A DNA stretch of 64,000 bases from Neocallimastix sp. 'constans' (lineage: Eukaryota), in the NCBI GenBank assembly GCA_050613775.1, contig JBODTK010000135.1:62001-126000 (forward strand). Reading direction: 5' to 3'. Below are positions 26,487 through 40,176 of the stretch, in pieces (within the stretch, counting starts at the first letter, position 1; the number at the start of each line of letters is the position of its first letter). Position numbers and translations under genes: made by a program. Below the pieces are notes generated by a model. The model had not been told where the DNA came from. It did not search any database and saw nothing but the letters and a program-made list of their open reading frames with translations.

Positions 26487-27493
26487 CAAAAAAACAAAAA
26501 AATAAAAAAAAAAAAAAAACAAGGAATATTGAAACTATTTTAATAAAATAAATGAAAAACAAAAAAATTTTTTTTAATTTAAAGTCTTTTACATTCATTA
26601 AATTGCCTTAATTCGCATTGTTTTTCAAATCCTTTTGGTCTCACACATCCCGGGTTTTCATTTAATCCATCAAATATTGAATATTCAGTTAATGATTTAC
26701 CACCATATTTACCACTTTTAATATTAGATTCTAATTTCTTTCATTTAAAATTAATAATTAACAATAATAAAAAGCAAATAAGCATAAATATTTAAATAAA
26801 TATTTTTATATTATTAATTATAAATATTATATAAATTAAAATAAAAAACTAGTTAATAATATGTAATAAAATTAATAAATAAAAATTTGTTAAATAATGA
26901 CTAAATGAAAAAATACCTGAAGCTCATTCCCACAATCAGTTATTAATCTTAGTGCTTCACCTTCTGAGAAGTATTTCTTATCATTCATTATCATTTCTGA
27001 ACTATATAAATTAATTGAATTTAAATAATATGCACGTTTTGACTATAATTCATGTTATTTTTTAATTGTTAATATTAATAATATTAATTCTATAAATAAT
27101 AATAATTTATTATTATTAATTATATGTATATTAGCTGTAATTACCGAATGAACTAATATATTCATAAGACTTCTACATTCAGAGTTAAATATCTTTTATC
27201 AAAATAAATATAATAGGTATCATATAAAACTTAATAATAATAATTATAAAAATATTTACATTCATAATATTCTAAAATACTCACAAAGACAGTTGAGAAT
27301 GGAAGAAGAAGAAATATTGCTACAATAAGGCAATGAATTATTAGCTCTGATTTTAAACTCTTGGAACTTGATTTCTTATTTTTTTTCTTCTTTCTATATA
27401 AACCTTCATCTTCTACAGAATAAATATCTAATATTTCTTGTATTTGATCATTATAACTGTCAGATTGATCATTAAAATATTCTAATTAAATGA

Positions 27494-27531
<38 letters not shown>

Positions 27532-30500
27532 TATATGATTTTAGAAATTTAGAATTTTATTTTTTAAATATATATAATTCATATATATATTAATCAATTA
27601 TATACTTTGCGGTAATGTTCTATATAATAAAATAATATTTTTAATGAATCTATAATTTCTTTTTGTGTAAGGCATAATGACTAATTTATTGTATGTTATT
27701 ATAATAATTAATAATACAATTTTTATCAGTGTGTGTTGTAAAATATTTTTTTATCATTATTGTTCTGTTATTTTTAAATTAAAAATACATATATCCAAAT
27801 CTTTATTATTTTTTATATTGTCCTAAGTAATAATTTTTTGTCATTTTTTTCTACTTACTTTGAAAAGAAATATACATCATAAAAATAATTACAATTAATG
27901 CTATTATGAAAAATGAATTTAAATGTCTATATGCCAAACTGCTAATTTTATTCTCCATATTATCAACTGAATTCAAAGATAATTTTCCAAATTGACCCTT
28001 TGAATTTTCTATGATTCATTTTATTTTTATAAAAAATTGTTGATTATGTATTAATATTATGCTATATAATATTAATATGTTTATAATCTTATTTATAATA
28101 TTATCATTTTACCAATAAAATATCTGTTTTAAATATATATTAATTGAAAACAATTTTAATAATAATTTTAAATATTTTAATAATAATTGATATATATATT
28201 AATTAATATTATAATAATTACCTTATATCTTTGTTATCAAGATAATCTGGATTTCTTATTTCTGTATTATTTACTAATTATATATATAACAAGACAAAAA
28301 AAAATTTTTTTTACAGTTACTTATTACTTATTACTTATTATTATTGTAATTATTATTATTTATTTATTTATTTATTTATTTATTAATTTAAATTAAATTA
28401 CGTCTTTTTAAAATAATTCTCGCTTTCCTATCTATTTTCATTATTGTTTTATAATAGTTTAAATCTTCTAATCTATCAATAATACCCTTTGAAATTGGAT
28501 TAATTGTTATATATCCCTGAGGTTTTATATTATGAATCTTATATACACTTGGAATATAGGTATTTTCTAAATAATCTAAATTTGTTAAAACATCTTCAAT
28601 GTTGAGAATATCTGAAGGATCTATTCCTGCTGCTGTCACTAAACTTATAATTCTAATATCATATTTTATTGAGCTAATTACTGCAGGTGATCGAGTAATT
28701 ATTGAATAAATGTTAATATATGATATAATATTTTTAAATGAATAATTATATATAACGTTTCTTTATATATAATTAAATAAAATTAATATATAATTAAATA
28801 TTGAATTAAACAAATATATATATATATTTTATAATAAATAATAAAAAAAAAATACGATAAAATAATATCTATACATAATAATTTTATATTTAAAATTTAT
28901 TATTGTTTTTTATTTTAATTATCTACCCAAAAATTCCAATTAATATAGCAAGAGTTGTTATTATTTGCATAATTCTATATAACTTATATAATGATCGTTG
29001 ACATCGACGAAGTACATTTTTCCTGTCGTATAATAAAAATAATAAGTTTATATTAATAAATTCAATCAATCGGTCAGTTAATAAATAAAATTAATAAATA
29101 AAATGTTATATGATATTAAATATTATTATATTAAAAGTTATTAATTTATTACTTCAATACTGTAATTTTTCTATTTTCAATATCACTAGTAATTGATGAT
29201 GAAAATCTTTCTGATCTTTCATATACACTACTATTTGCTTTCATATATTTTGATTGTTTTTCATCAACATTGTAGTTCTTATTCAATTATTTAATAAATA
29301 TACAAAAATATATTTATTAAACAATTCACAATATTAATTATATATCAATAATTATATTACATCTATAATATATATCTTACTTCTTTATCTTCCATCATTT
29401 GTATATACTTGTTCTAATAAATAATACAAAAATTATAAAAAAAAATTATATTATATTACATTATTATTTAATAAATAATATTTTTTACTTATATTATTAT
29501 TTTAAAATTATAAATTTCACTTACAGCTAAATCATTCCTATTCTGTATTTAAAAAAATATATATAACATTAATTATATAAATACAGTAATTTATTAATTA
29601 TATATTTATTTAATAGAAATATTAAAATTGAATAATATTTTTTTTATTTACCAGAGAATTTCTTAAAAACAAAATATATAATTCTAATGATTCCTTAGAA
29701 TAATTAACTCTTAATATAAATTTCTTAAAGTGGGACTCTGCTTTATTCAATATTTGAGCTAATTCATCATTAATAATCACGGCATTTTCAAAATCAGTTG
29801 ATGTTTCTAAAGTTTTCAGTGAAATCATAAGATTCTTTAAAGCATTTAATGATGCTAAATGATATTGAATAGCTCTATTCTTTATATCGGCTAATTCAAT
29901 ATCTGTTGATCTATCAAATTATACATATAATATTTAATAAATAAAATATAATTATTTTATTTCAATAATATTTTTTTTTTGGATAGAGAAATATTAAAAT
30001 TTTTCATAATAATAAATATATTTATTATGATTATTACGTATCATTAAAAGTATCTGATTTATCTTTAAATATTATTGATCTATCGGCTTCTGAAGTTAAG
30101 GCGGCATTATATACCAAATATCTCTTGAAAAAAGTTTTCGATAAAGTTGCACATTTAAATAAATTTTTTTCAGCTGTATAATAAAGCTGATCAATTAATT
30201 CTTCTATATCTTCTTTTCCTTCATTTTTATAACATATTTTATTTCTTGAAATAAATAGTAAAACTCCATGAAGAAAATTCCAATATTGAATATATATCTT
30301 AAATAGTATTATATTTATATGATCATTATGTTAATCCATAATAATTATATCTATTTCTGAAATATAAAAAAAAAATAAAATACGTACATCAGGCAATCCA
30401 TCATATTGGTTAACTCTGAAAATTTAGAAATTATTATATATTAATACATGAATATATATTTAAAAAAAATATATATATATAAATATATTATTTAAAAAAA

Positions 30501-30933
30501 TAACAAGACAATTATTGTTTGTACTTCAATTTTTTTTAAATATTATATTAACAAGAATACTAACCCTTCTTTAAATATATTATTTAATAAATTAATAGCT
30601 TCATATGAACGATTATACCTTTAATAATATTAATAATATTAAAAATGATAATTTAATTAATAAATTATTAATAAAAATTGCTAAATATATATCATTAAAT
30701 TATATTATCTAATGATATATTTATATATTTATTATAACTAATTTAACAATTTTACAGAATAAAACTTGATATATATGCACAATCACATGGCCTCAAAAAA
30801 ACCGTTTCTTTCTTAATTTCCACCTTCTCTGCCACTATATATATGTAAAAAATATTTAATTATTTAAAATAAATTATATAGCCATATTTAGAATTGAATT
30901 CATATTGTAAAAATCGATTTTAACTTAATTCTA

Positions 30934-30964
<31 letters not shown>

Positions 30965-33568
30965 CCAATAGTTTCAAATGATTTTTCTTCTTGATCATTA
31001 TCTCTTTTTTCTTTTTCTGCAAATTCTCTTATTCTTTCAATAACATGTCGTTTATTAAATTTTTTTCTAATATTATTATATATTTTTTTTGAATAGTTAT
31101 TATAGAAAAATTGATTTATTATCCATCCCAATATTATACCAATAGGTATAAATAAAAAGAAAAGTGAAATATATACTGATATTTTCATAAATGTAAAAAT
31201 GGCATATAAAAAAGATTGTAATGTTAATGAAAACCATATTCCTGAATAAAATTTATTTAATTTGATACTATAATAGTTTTGATTTAATAAATGGATTAAT
31301 AATAAATATCCATATCCTAAACACATAATGATTGATGAAATATATTGATTTCCTAAATATATTTGAATAAAAACTAAATTTAAAACCTTTTATATATATT
31401 TATTCATATTATTTTTTTATGAATGATTTATTTTGATAATATTAATTCATTAATTTATATTTAATTATAAATATTTTTTTTAAAAAATAAAATAAGTATA
31501 AGGAATTAATCATACTTGAAGAATGATAACCATCTTGTATGTTAATTTTGTTTTAATAGAATAAACACTATTTATTTTTCCACTTAACGGATAATATATT
31601 TGAGAATAATATAATTCCTGAAATTTTTGGAAAAATATAATTTATTATCTATTTAAATTGTTATTCTAATAATAATTTTATAAATTTTTTTAACTTACTA
31701 AATAGGAGTATATTACAAAAAGTAAAAATAAAAGTAGTGAAACTATTATTCTTTATAATTATAATTTAATTAGTTAAATAAATTCATTATATAAATATAT
31801 AATAAATAAAATATAAATATCGATTATTATTAAATATTAATCATAATAAATAAATAATTATTATTAATATTAAATATATTTAATTTTAAAAGAATTATAT
31901 TACATTGTTATATGAATACTATCAAAGCATATGTATGATAAGATGTCATTTTTTCTATTTTTGCAGTTCATGAAATTCAAGATATTATATAAACCTACGA
32001 TAATGATATCCATGTTATATAATATTAATAAACTATTTTAATTTTATTAAATTTAAAAAATGAATTAATACGATCATTGATAAAAAAAAAATACATATAA
32101 TTACATGGAATGAATAGTATTCTGTATAAAATATATTCATAATATATATATATATTTTTTTTCATTAAGTTTTAATAATAGTATTTAATTTATAAACATA
32201 TTATTAAAAAGAAATTAAACAAGAAATTAAATATTATAAACATTATAAATAACTTTTAAAAAATTTTTATAATATACCTAAAATAAACTTCAGAAATATA
32301 TCCATTAATCTACACAAATATATAAAAATAATAATTAATTAGAAATTTATATTTTTTAATTATACAGTAAATAAATAGTACTTAAATATTTTTTTATATA
32401 CTCTAATTATATATTCTGGAAGTTTTCTGTTCAAGTTATTAATTAGAATTAAATTTTACATATAAAAAACCACATTATTTTAAGTAATAAAAATTTATTA
32501 TATTAATTGAATATTTAAAAAAAAAAAATAAAAAATAAAAAAAATCTTTTTATCTTTATATGATATTTACAACACTGATGAAGTAATACCAAAAATAATA
32601 TTAATTACTATTAAAAAAGAAAAAAAAAAAAAAAGAATTAAAATATGATATATTAGATATATTAATTTCCATTTACTTATTTTTTATTATATTTATATAT
32701 TAAATAATATTTGTTTTTATTTTACTTAAGCAAAAAAAAAGATACACAAGAACAATTCCAAATATTAATATTAAATATACTTTATAATTAATATATACAT
32801 TAGTTTTAATTAAAACTAGTTTATTTCTATCTATGTAAATTATTATAAAACTTACATGTTGAAATATTATGTTTTAGTACGAGCAGATCGAAAATAGGTG
32901 ATATGGATTTCGGTATATTCGAGAAAAATGCTGAATCATAGAAAAGAGAAAATAATTGTATACCTATATTGTATATTAAAAAAATGTAAATTTATTACAA
33001 TTATTTTTAATATTTTAGTGAAATAATTATTATTATTATTATTATAATTATTATAATTATAATTGTTATTATATGAATTTACATTCTATAAATATAAATA
33101 TGAATTCAATTGGATTTCGAATTTCACATTTGTTATGTAAGGATTCAAAATAGAAATATATACTTATCTAATTTTAATTTTAATTTAAAGAAAAGTTAAT
33201 ATTAGAAAAGTTAATATTAATTATTCAATTATGTAAAAAATGCTTATATATGTATTTGAAATTTCTACTTCATATTTTTTTAGGTTTAGTGCTGCTTGAA
33301 TATTGAAAACTTCTTTTTGTTTTTCATTTTCATTTTCATCTTCATTTTCATTTTCATTTTCATTTTCATTTTCATTTTCATTTTCATTTTCATTTTCATT
33401 TTCATTTTCATTTTCATTTTCATTTTCATTTTCATTTTCATTTTCATTTTCATTTTCATTTTCATTTTCATTTTCATTTTCATTTTCATTTTCATTTTCA
33501 TTTTCATTTTTATATTCATTTGCAGTTTCATTTTCATTTTTATTGTTATTACTTTCATTAATATTCAT
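25688..33568 (-). CDS. Multi-exon TmcB/TmcC-like (tiny macrocysts) multipass membrane protein with a TPR-like helical region
   Basis: Many GT-AG exons read in frame by hand: ALNLKKYE|ISIYFYFESLHNKCEIRNPIEFIFIFIE|CIQLFSLF..; a TM block at 30931-31326; TPR-like KAESHFKKFILRVNYSKESLELYILFLRNSL; C-terminal QLRVMDQLTNIIFIIPPNLYNLSPKIK|NFIFNGKLN* (stop at 25688). The architecture resembles TmcB/TmcC-family proteins. Not every internal exon was verified. Confidence 0.68.
33325..33510. repeat. (TTTTCA)n microsatellite encoding an (Glu-Asn)n tract in the putative first exon of the TmcB-like gene
   Basis: Visible hexamer array, in frame on the minus strand with the ATG at 33568. Confidence 0.9.
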
Positions 33569-34485
33569 ATTTCATATAATTTATTTAAAAAAAAAAAAAA
33601 AAAAAATAACAATATTGTGAATAGTATAATATGATTATAACTAGATAATTAATGTATAATTAATAGATGAAAATCGTATCTTTTTATTTTTTATCTGGAT
33701 TATTATTTAAAAACTATTAAAACTTTATTTCGAAAAATTATATATATACATAAGTATATTTTTTTTTCTATTAAAATTTATTATGATCTTCAAAAAAAAA
33801 ATATTAAAATAAAGTTATATCAAATTATAATAAAGTTTAAAATCTATTTTAAAAAAATATCGAAATTTTATATACTTTTCTTCCTTGTATATATATTATA
33901 TTTAACTAATATATCAAAAAACTATATATCATAATTAATATTTTTATATTATTATATATGAAATGCAAAATAAAATAAAATAAAAAAATTATTATTAATA
34001 ATAAACTGTATAATAAAATTGCTTTTCATAAATTATATTTAATATTTTAATAAAAATAATCTTCAAAATAGCCAATAATAAATTTATTGTAAAATATTGT
34101 TGACATTTTTAAAAAAAAGGAAATAAAAGATAAAAGATAATATTCTACTTAGGGAATGAAACATAATTATTAAACTATTTTACTAAGTAAATATTTATTA
34201 TTGGTTAATTTTTTTTTTAAATAAAATTAATAATTTTACTTTTAAGAATTAATTGTTTTAAATAATTTTATATAACTTTTTCATAATAATATTATAATAA
34301 TATTTTTATTAATTATTAAATAATATTTTAAAATTTTAAAAATAATAAAATTTAAAAAGTTTAAATTTTTTAAAATATTATTTGAACATTTATACCAACA
34401 AAATATAATATATATATATATATTTATATTACATATATATAACATTTATAATATTAATTAAAAAATTAAAAAAAAAAAAAATAAC

Positions 34486-34570
<85 letters not shown>

Positions 34571-34882
34571 AATACAAAAAAAAAATATTTATAAAAAATA
34601 TTTAAAATATAAATACAAAAAAAAAAAAAAATTAATATATAAAAAAATAAATATTATTTTTTGAATAATTAATTAATAATAATAAGTAGTATTTTTTTTT
34701 ATTTTTTCAATATTATTGATAGTTTAAACTGTATAAACCATAAAATTTAATATATTTCAAATTTTATTTATATACTAATTTATTTTACTTACATAAAAAT
34801 AAATTAGTTTATATGTCATATCATTCATAGTAAATTATTTTTAAAGTCATAATAATATTAATTATTAAATTGATACAATAAT

Positions 34883-35461
34883 ATGGCATCCTCAGTAAGA
34901 TTTCCTAGAGAACTTTTAAAATGGCTACAATCTCTAAATATTACATCCTCAATAAAAAATGTAAAATTTGATTTTGGAAATGGATATGTGGTAGCAGAAA
35001 TTTTAAATAGATATTATCCATCAGATGTACGATTAAATTCTTTTGATACAGGTCAAAGTAAAAATTGTAGAAAAGAAAACTGGCAATTATTAAAAAGAAT
35101 GTTTAATGTAAGATATATATCCAAAAAAATGAAAATAATTTCTTAATTTAATATTCATCAAATATTCATATTAAATATATTAAAAAAAAATTAATAGTAA
35201 CAATAGTATTAATATTTATCAAAAAAAAAATATAATAAATTAAAACGTCTAAATATATATATATAAATATATATATAATAGAAATTCAACATACCTGTTG
35301 CAGAAAGTGATATTAATGAATTAGTAAGTACAAGAATGAATTCAGGAGAAACAGCAGCGCGTATTATATCAACGTTATACTCATTCTTTTTAAAAAAAAA
35401 GTATGTAAAATAAATAAAAATAAATATTTGAATAAAATAAAATAAAATAAAATAAAATAAA

Positions 35462-35499
<38 letters not shown>

Positions 35500-36130
35500 C
35501 ACTATATCATAATTTCTAAAATCAAATAACAGAAAACAATATATGAATATACATTTAACTATATATATTCTTCGTATCTCTTTTTATTCTAATATTATTA
35601 CTTATAGTATTAAACCTTTAAAATCCTCTAGTAATTTAAATTTAAAGAAAAAAAATTCATCAAATGTAGATGTTGAAGACAATATTCAAATTGAAAATAA
35701 TAAAGAAGCCTTAAAATTGATGCTTATTGAAAATCAAAAATCTGATGAATCTCGTGATAGAAAAGAAGATATTATTACAAATATAAATGTAATAGTCAAA
35801 ATATAAATTATATATATATTGTTTTTTATTATAGATGTAACTCTGAATGTTTTGAATACTTAATATATTTTATTAAAATTATATGTATTTATATTATAAA
35901 TATAGATTTATTTATTAGAATATATATTTAATATTTTTGGATATAAAGGACAAAAAAAAATATTTGATAAGAGTTTTCTTGATATTAATAATCTTTCAAC
36001 AATCTTTCTTGATATGATTGATAAAGCTCAAAATGATAAAATTCAAAAATCAATAGAAGAATTTAAAAGCAGTGTAAATAAAATATCCTTATTAATAATT
36101 TTAAATAATAAATTAACAAACTTAATAATA

Positions 36131-36171
<41 letters not shown>

Positions 36172-36187
36172 TGTTAATAATAATAAC

Positions 36188-36246
<59 letters not shown>

Positions 36247-37806
36247 AAAACATATATATATATATAAGCATAACAAAAGTATATTAATATATTTATATTT
36301 TTTTTTCCTTTTATTTTATAGCAAAATAAATTTATTGATTTAATAATTCATAGCAACAGGGACGATATTATATTTTTAATACAATTATTTACACATATTT
36401 TATCAACTAAAAATATCAATAAAAAATCATTTAAAGGTATATTTAATAAAATATAAATAACAAAATTAAATAAAAAGAAAAATTAAATATATATATATAT
36501 ATATATTTCCATAATAATAAATATTAATATGTTTTCATTAATATATATAATTTCATTAATATATATGAATTAGTATCAGTTATTATAATACATATTATTT
36601 TTTCTGCTATAAAGAAATCAATCGGAATTGAAGGAATAAAATTATTATATAATTCAAATTCCTATGATGAGGTTTTGAATGGAATGACCCTAGAAAAGAT
36701 TCCCTTTTTCTCTGGATGTATTGAATCAATAGCAAATGGTGCACCAATAGAAGAAAAACAAACCCAAGAAATATATGATAAAATAAAAGTATATAAAGAC
36801 ATATATTTAAAAAAATATATATATATTAATTATATAAATATATATTTATATATTAAAAAAAAATTGGATCAAAAATATATATAAAAATTTTTTTTTATAT
36901 ACAATTATTTTATTTCTAAAATGTCATCTTTTTATTATATATATTTCATTAAAGCAATCACTTTATAAAAAAAATATAAATTTTGAATTAGCTTTTATAG
37001 CAACTATATCTGTAATTGATCCTCTTCACGCCTATTTCCATATTAATTCGATATTCTCTTTTTTAAATTCAAATAATAATGATATTATTGATTATTCAGC
37101 TATTTTACATTATCTTTCAGTTCTTATACCGACCACTTCCACTGATTTTATTATACCACTCTTACGAAAATTTAATGTATTAAAAAGTAATGTACAAAAA
37201 AAACTGGAACAATTATATTCTATTAAAGATTTAGACGCTAATGACAATGAAAATGTTTGTAATGGATTAATAAGATCATGGATAAGATTTTTAATTGTTA
37301 TCATTGAAGTTTTAGCTGACGCAACCACGTTAAATGTAAAAATAAATACTAATCAATCCACTAAAAAGAATAAAAATATAAATAATACAAATGAAAATCA
37401 GAAATCATCAAATCAAAATAATAGTAATCTTCCATCTTTAACAAATAGTAATATGACCATTGATATTTCAAATCCTAGTTTATCCTCATCATTTACAGTT
37501 TCATCTAATGACGCCTCCTGTTTCGCAAATCAAAAATACAATAATAAAACATTTATTCAAAAAAAGAAAAATGTTAATTCAAACAATTTATCATCCATTG
37601 AATTACCTAATGGTGAAATAATCGAAATACCGCCCTCTTTGGAAGACGTTAATCTTGATGAGATATATTCCCCTATAGTATTCTGTCAAGAAATGGTTAA
37701 TGAAGCCCTAAATGAAATTATCGAATTATTACCAAAATTAAATGATAATAATTTAAAGTTAGGTAAATGAGATATTAAATCATATTTTATTTAATATAAT
37801 ATGTAT

Positions 37807-37857
<51 letters not shown>

Positions 37858-38273
37858 TATTAAATAATGTAACTTTAATTCATTATATTGATATCTTAAA
37901 AAAAAATTATAGCTCTTTTCTTACTTGCACCTAATTTAACTGTTTACACAAATTTAAGTGAAGAATTTGTTAAAAATAGTTTAAGAATACCCTTAAATGA
38001 ACTTCAAGAAATTATACCTATAAATTCCGATCCAAATAAAATCATATCCTTTAATATTAATTGGCAAGTACCATATTTCAATTCAATAGAAAAAATAGCA
38101 TGCTTTACTGTGGACGACGATTGGAGATTTTGTTATTGTATGGGATTTATTAATCTGGTAATATATCTATACTAAAAATAATAATTTATTGATGAAATTT
38201 CTTTTTTAAAATTATAGTATTAACATTAAAAAAAAAAAAAAAAAATTATATATAAATATATAATTGTTATTAC

Positions 38274-38321
<48 letters not shown>

Positions 38322-38344
38322 GTTATAACTAACTTTTTTTCTTA

Positions 38345-38410
<66 letters not shown>

Positions 38411-38814
38411 ATTTTTATTTTTATTTTTTAATATTTTTATTATTTTATTATATGTATAATCATATTCAATAGATGAAAGGAAATGAAAAAAAATATTACT
38501 ATGAATATTTAGAATATTTTATACGTAATTCGAATCATTCTATGCCAATTATTATGGAAAATGTATTAGTTGCTATTGCAAATGACCCTAGTCAATTAAT
38601 TTATGGTCTATCGGTATTGGAACATTTAACATTTACAGATGACCACCTTTTAAAGTTATTAACAACAGTTCTTTATATATTTGAATATGGACCAAATGAA
38701 AATTGTGTCATTCTTAAAAAATGGTTAAACTATAAAAATACTGAAGAAGAAAAAATTCACATGAACAAAATTAAAAAATGGATAAATAACGAAGTCAATA
38801 AAATGTTAAATTAA
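34883..38814 (+). CDS. SPATA4: SPATA4/SPEF1-like CH_2 (DUF1042) domain protein with a long C-terminal extension, multi-exon
   Basis: The N-terminus FPRELLKWLQSLNITSSIKNVKFDFGNGYVVAEILNRYYPSDVRLNSFDTG..KENWQLL matches the SPATA4/SPEF1 calponin-homology signature. Exon 1 is 34883-35107 (AAT|GTAAG), exon 2 is 35282-35400, and further coding blocks run to the stop at 38814. Some internal exon phases (around 35950) are unresolved; the symbol means 'like'. Confidence 0.75.
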
Positions 38815-39397
38815 ATAATTGGAAATGTAAATCTATAAATCCTTTAAAAATAAAATTATAATTAAAGTTTTATTATCATTACTTTTTTTTGTTTTGTTTT
38901 GTTTTTTTTATTCATAATATTATTATATTAATGATGATAATTAATTAAAAGAGTGTACAATTAAAATTAAAAAAAAAAAAAAAAAAATGAACACAAATAT
39001 ATATGTATAGTTTTTTTTTTTTTTTTTTTTTTTTTCGCTTTAAATAAAGTAATACCTTAATACTAAACAACTAAAAATAAAATAAATAAATAAATAAAAT
39101 TATAATTATAATTAAAATTAAAATTAAAATTTATATTTATAATATAAAATTATATATGAAATATCATCAACAAAAATATAAAAAGAAAAAAAAAAAAAAC
39201 ATTTATATTATATTTAATTTTAATTTTCGTTTTTATGACAATTATAACTTCATAAACTCGATACACAGAATTAATTGTTTCACACTTATTTGAAATATTC
39301 TTTTTTTTTTTTTTTTTTTTATTAGTTTTATATATTATATATTATTCTAACCTCCCTATTACAATAAAATAATTTATAAATGATTTTATATTGAAAA

Positions 39398-39672
39398 TTT
39401 ATATTTATATTTATATTTATATTTATATTTATATTTATATTTATATTTATATTTATATTTATATTTATATTTATATTTATATTTATATTTATATTTATAT
39501 TTATATTTATATTTATATTTATATTTATATTTATATTTATATTTATATTTATATTTATATTTATATTTATATTTATATTTATATTTATATTTATATTTAT
39601 ATTTATATTTATATTTATATTTATATTTATATTTATATTTATATTTATATTTATATTTATATTTATATTTAT
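39398..39672. repeat. (TTTATA)n microsatellite
   Basis: Visible hexamer array between two convergent genes. Confidence 0.95.
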
Positions 39673-39678
39673 AATTAT

Positions 39679-39720
39679 ATTTATATCAGACATATTATTT
39701 AAAATATGTCTGATATAAAT
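39679..39720. repeat. Perfect 18-bp inverted repeat with a 6-nt spacer
   Basis: ATTTATATCAGACATATT (39679-39696) pairs with AATATGTCTGATATAAAT (39703-39720). Confidence 0.85.
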
Positions 39721-39864
39721 AATAATAATAAAATATTAATAATATTATTTTACTATTTTATCATTAATTATGATTATTTTTAATTTTAATATTGTAAAAT
39801 ATATATAAAATATTTATAATATTTAACTTCTAATTAACTATCTAGTCTTAATTTTTTATTAATT

Positions 39865-39895
<31 letters not shown>

Positions 39896-40176
39896 TTTTT
39901 TTAATTTTTATTTTATTCTATTTTATTTTTTTTTTTGTTTTGTTCGTTTGTTTGTATGCTTGTTTTTCTTTGCTTTAAATTCATTTATAATAATATTATT
40001 CTTAAATACATAAAAATAATAATATTAATATATATATATTTCTTATCGATTGATTTTATTGTTTAATTAATTTATTATTGCTTTGTTCCATTTTTATAAT
40101 ATTTATTGCATTATATTTTTAGTATTTAATGTTTCTTAATAATTATGATAGCTCTCCTTTTTAATAGTGAAACCGA

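Noticed and set aside
35209..37328. Minus-strand ORFs inside the CH_2 gene
   Set aside because: Antisense to exons or derived from intronic simple repeats.
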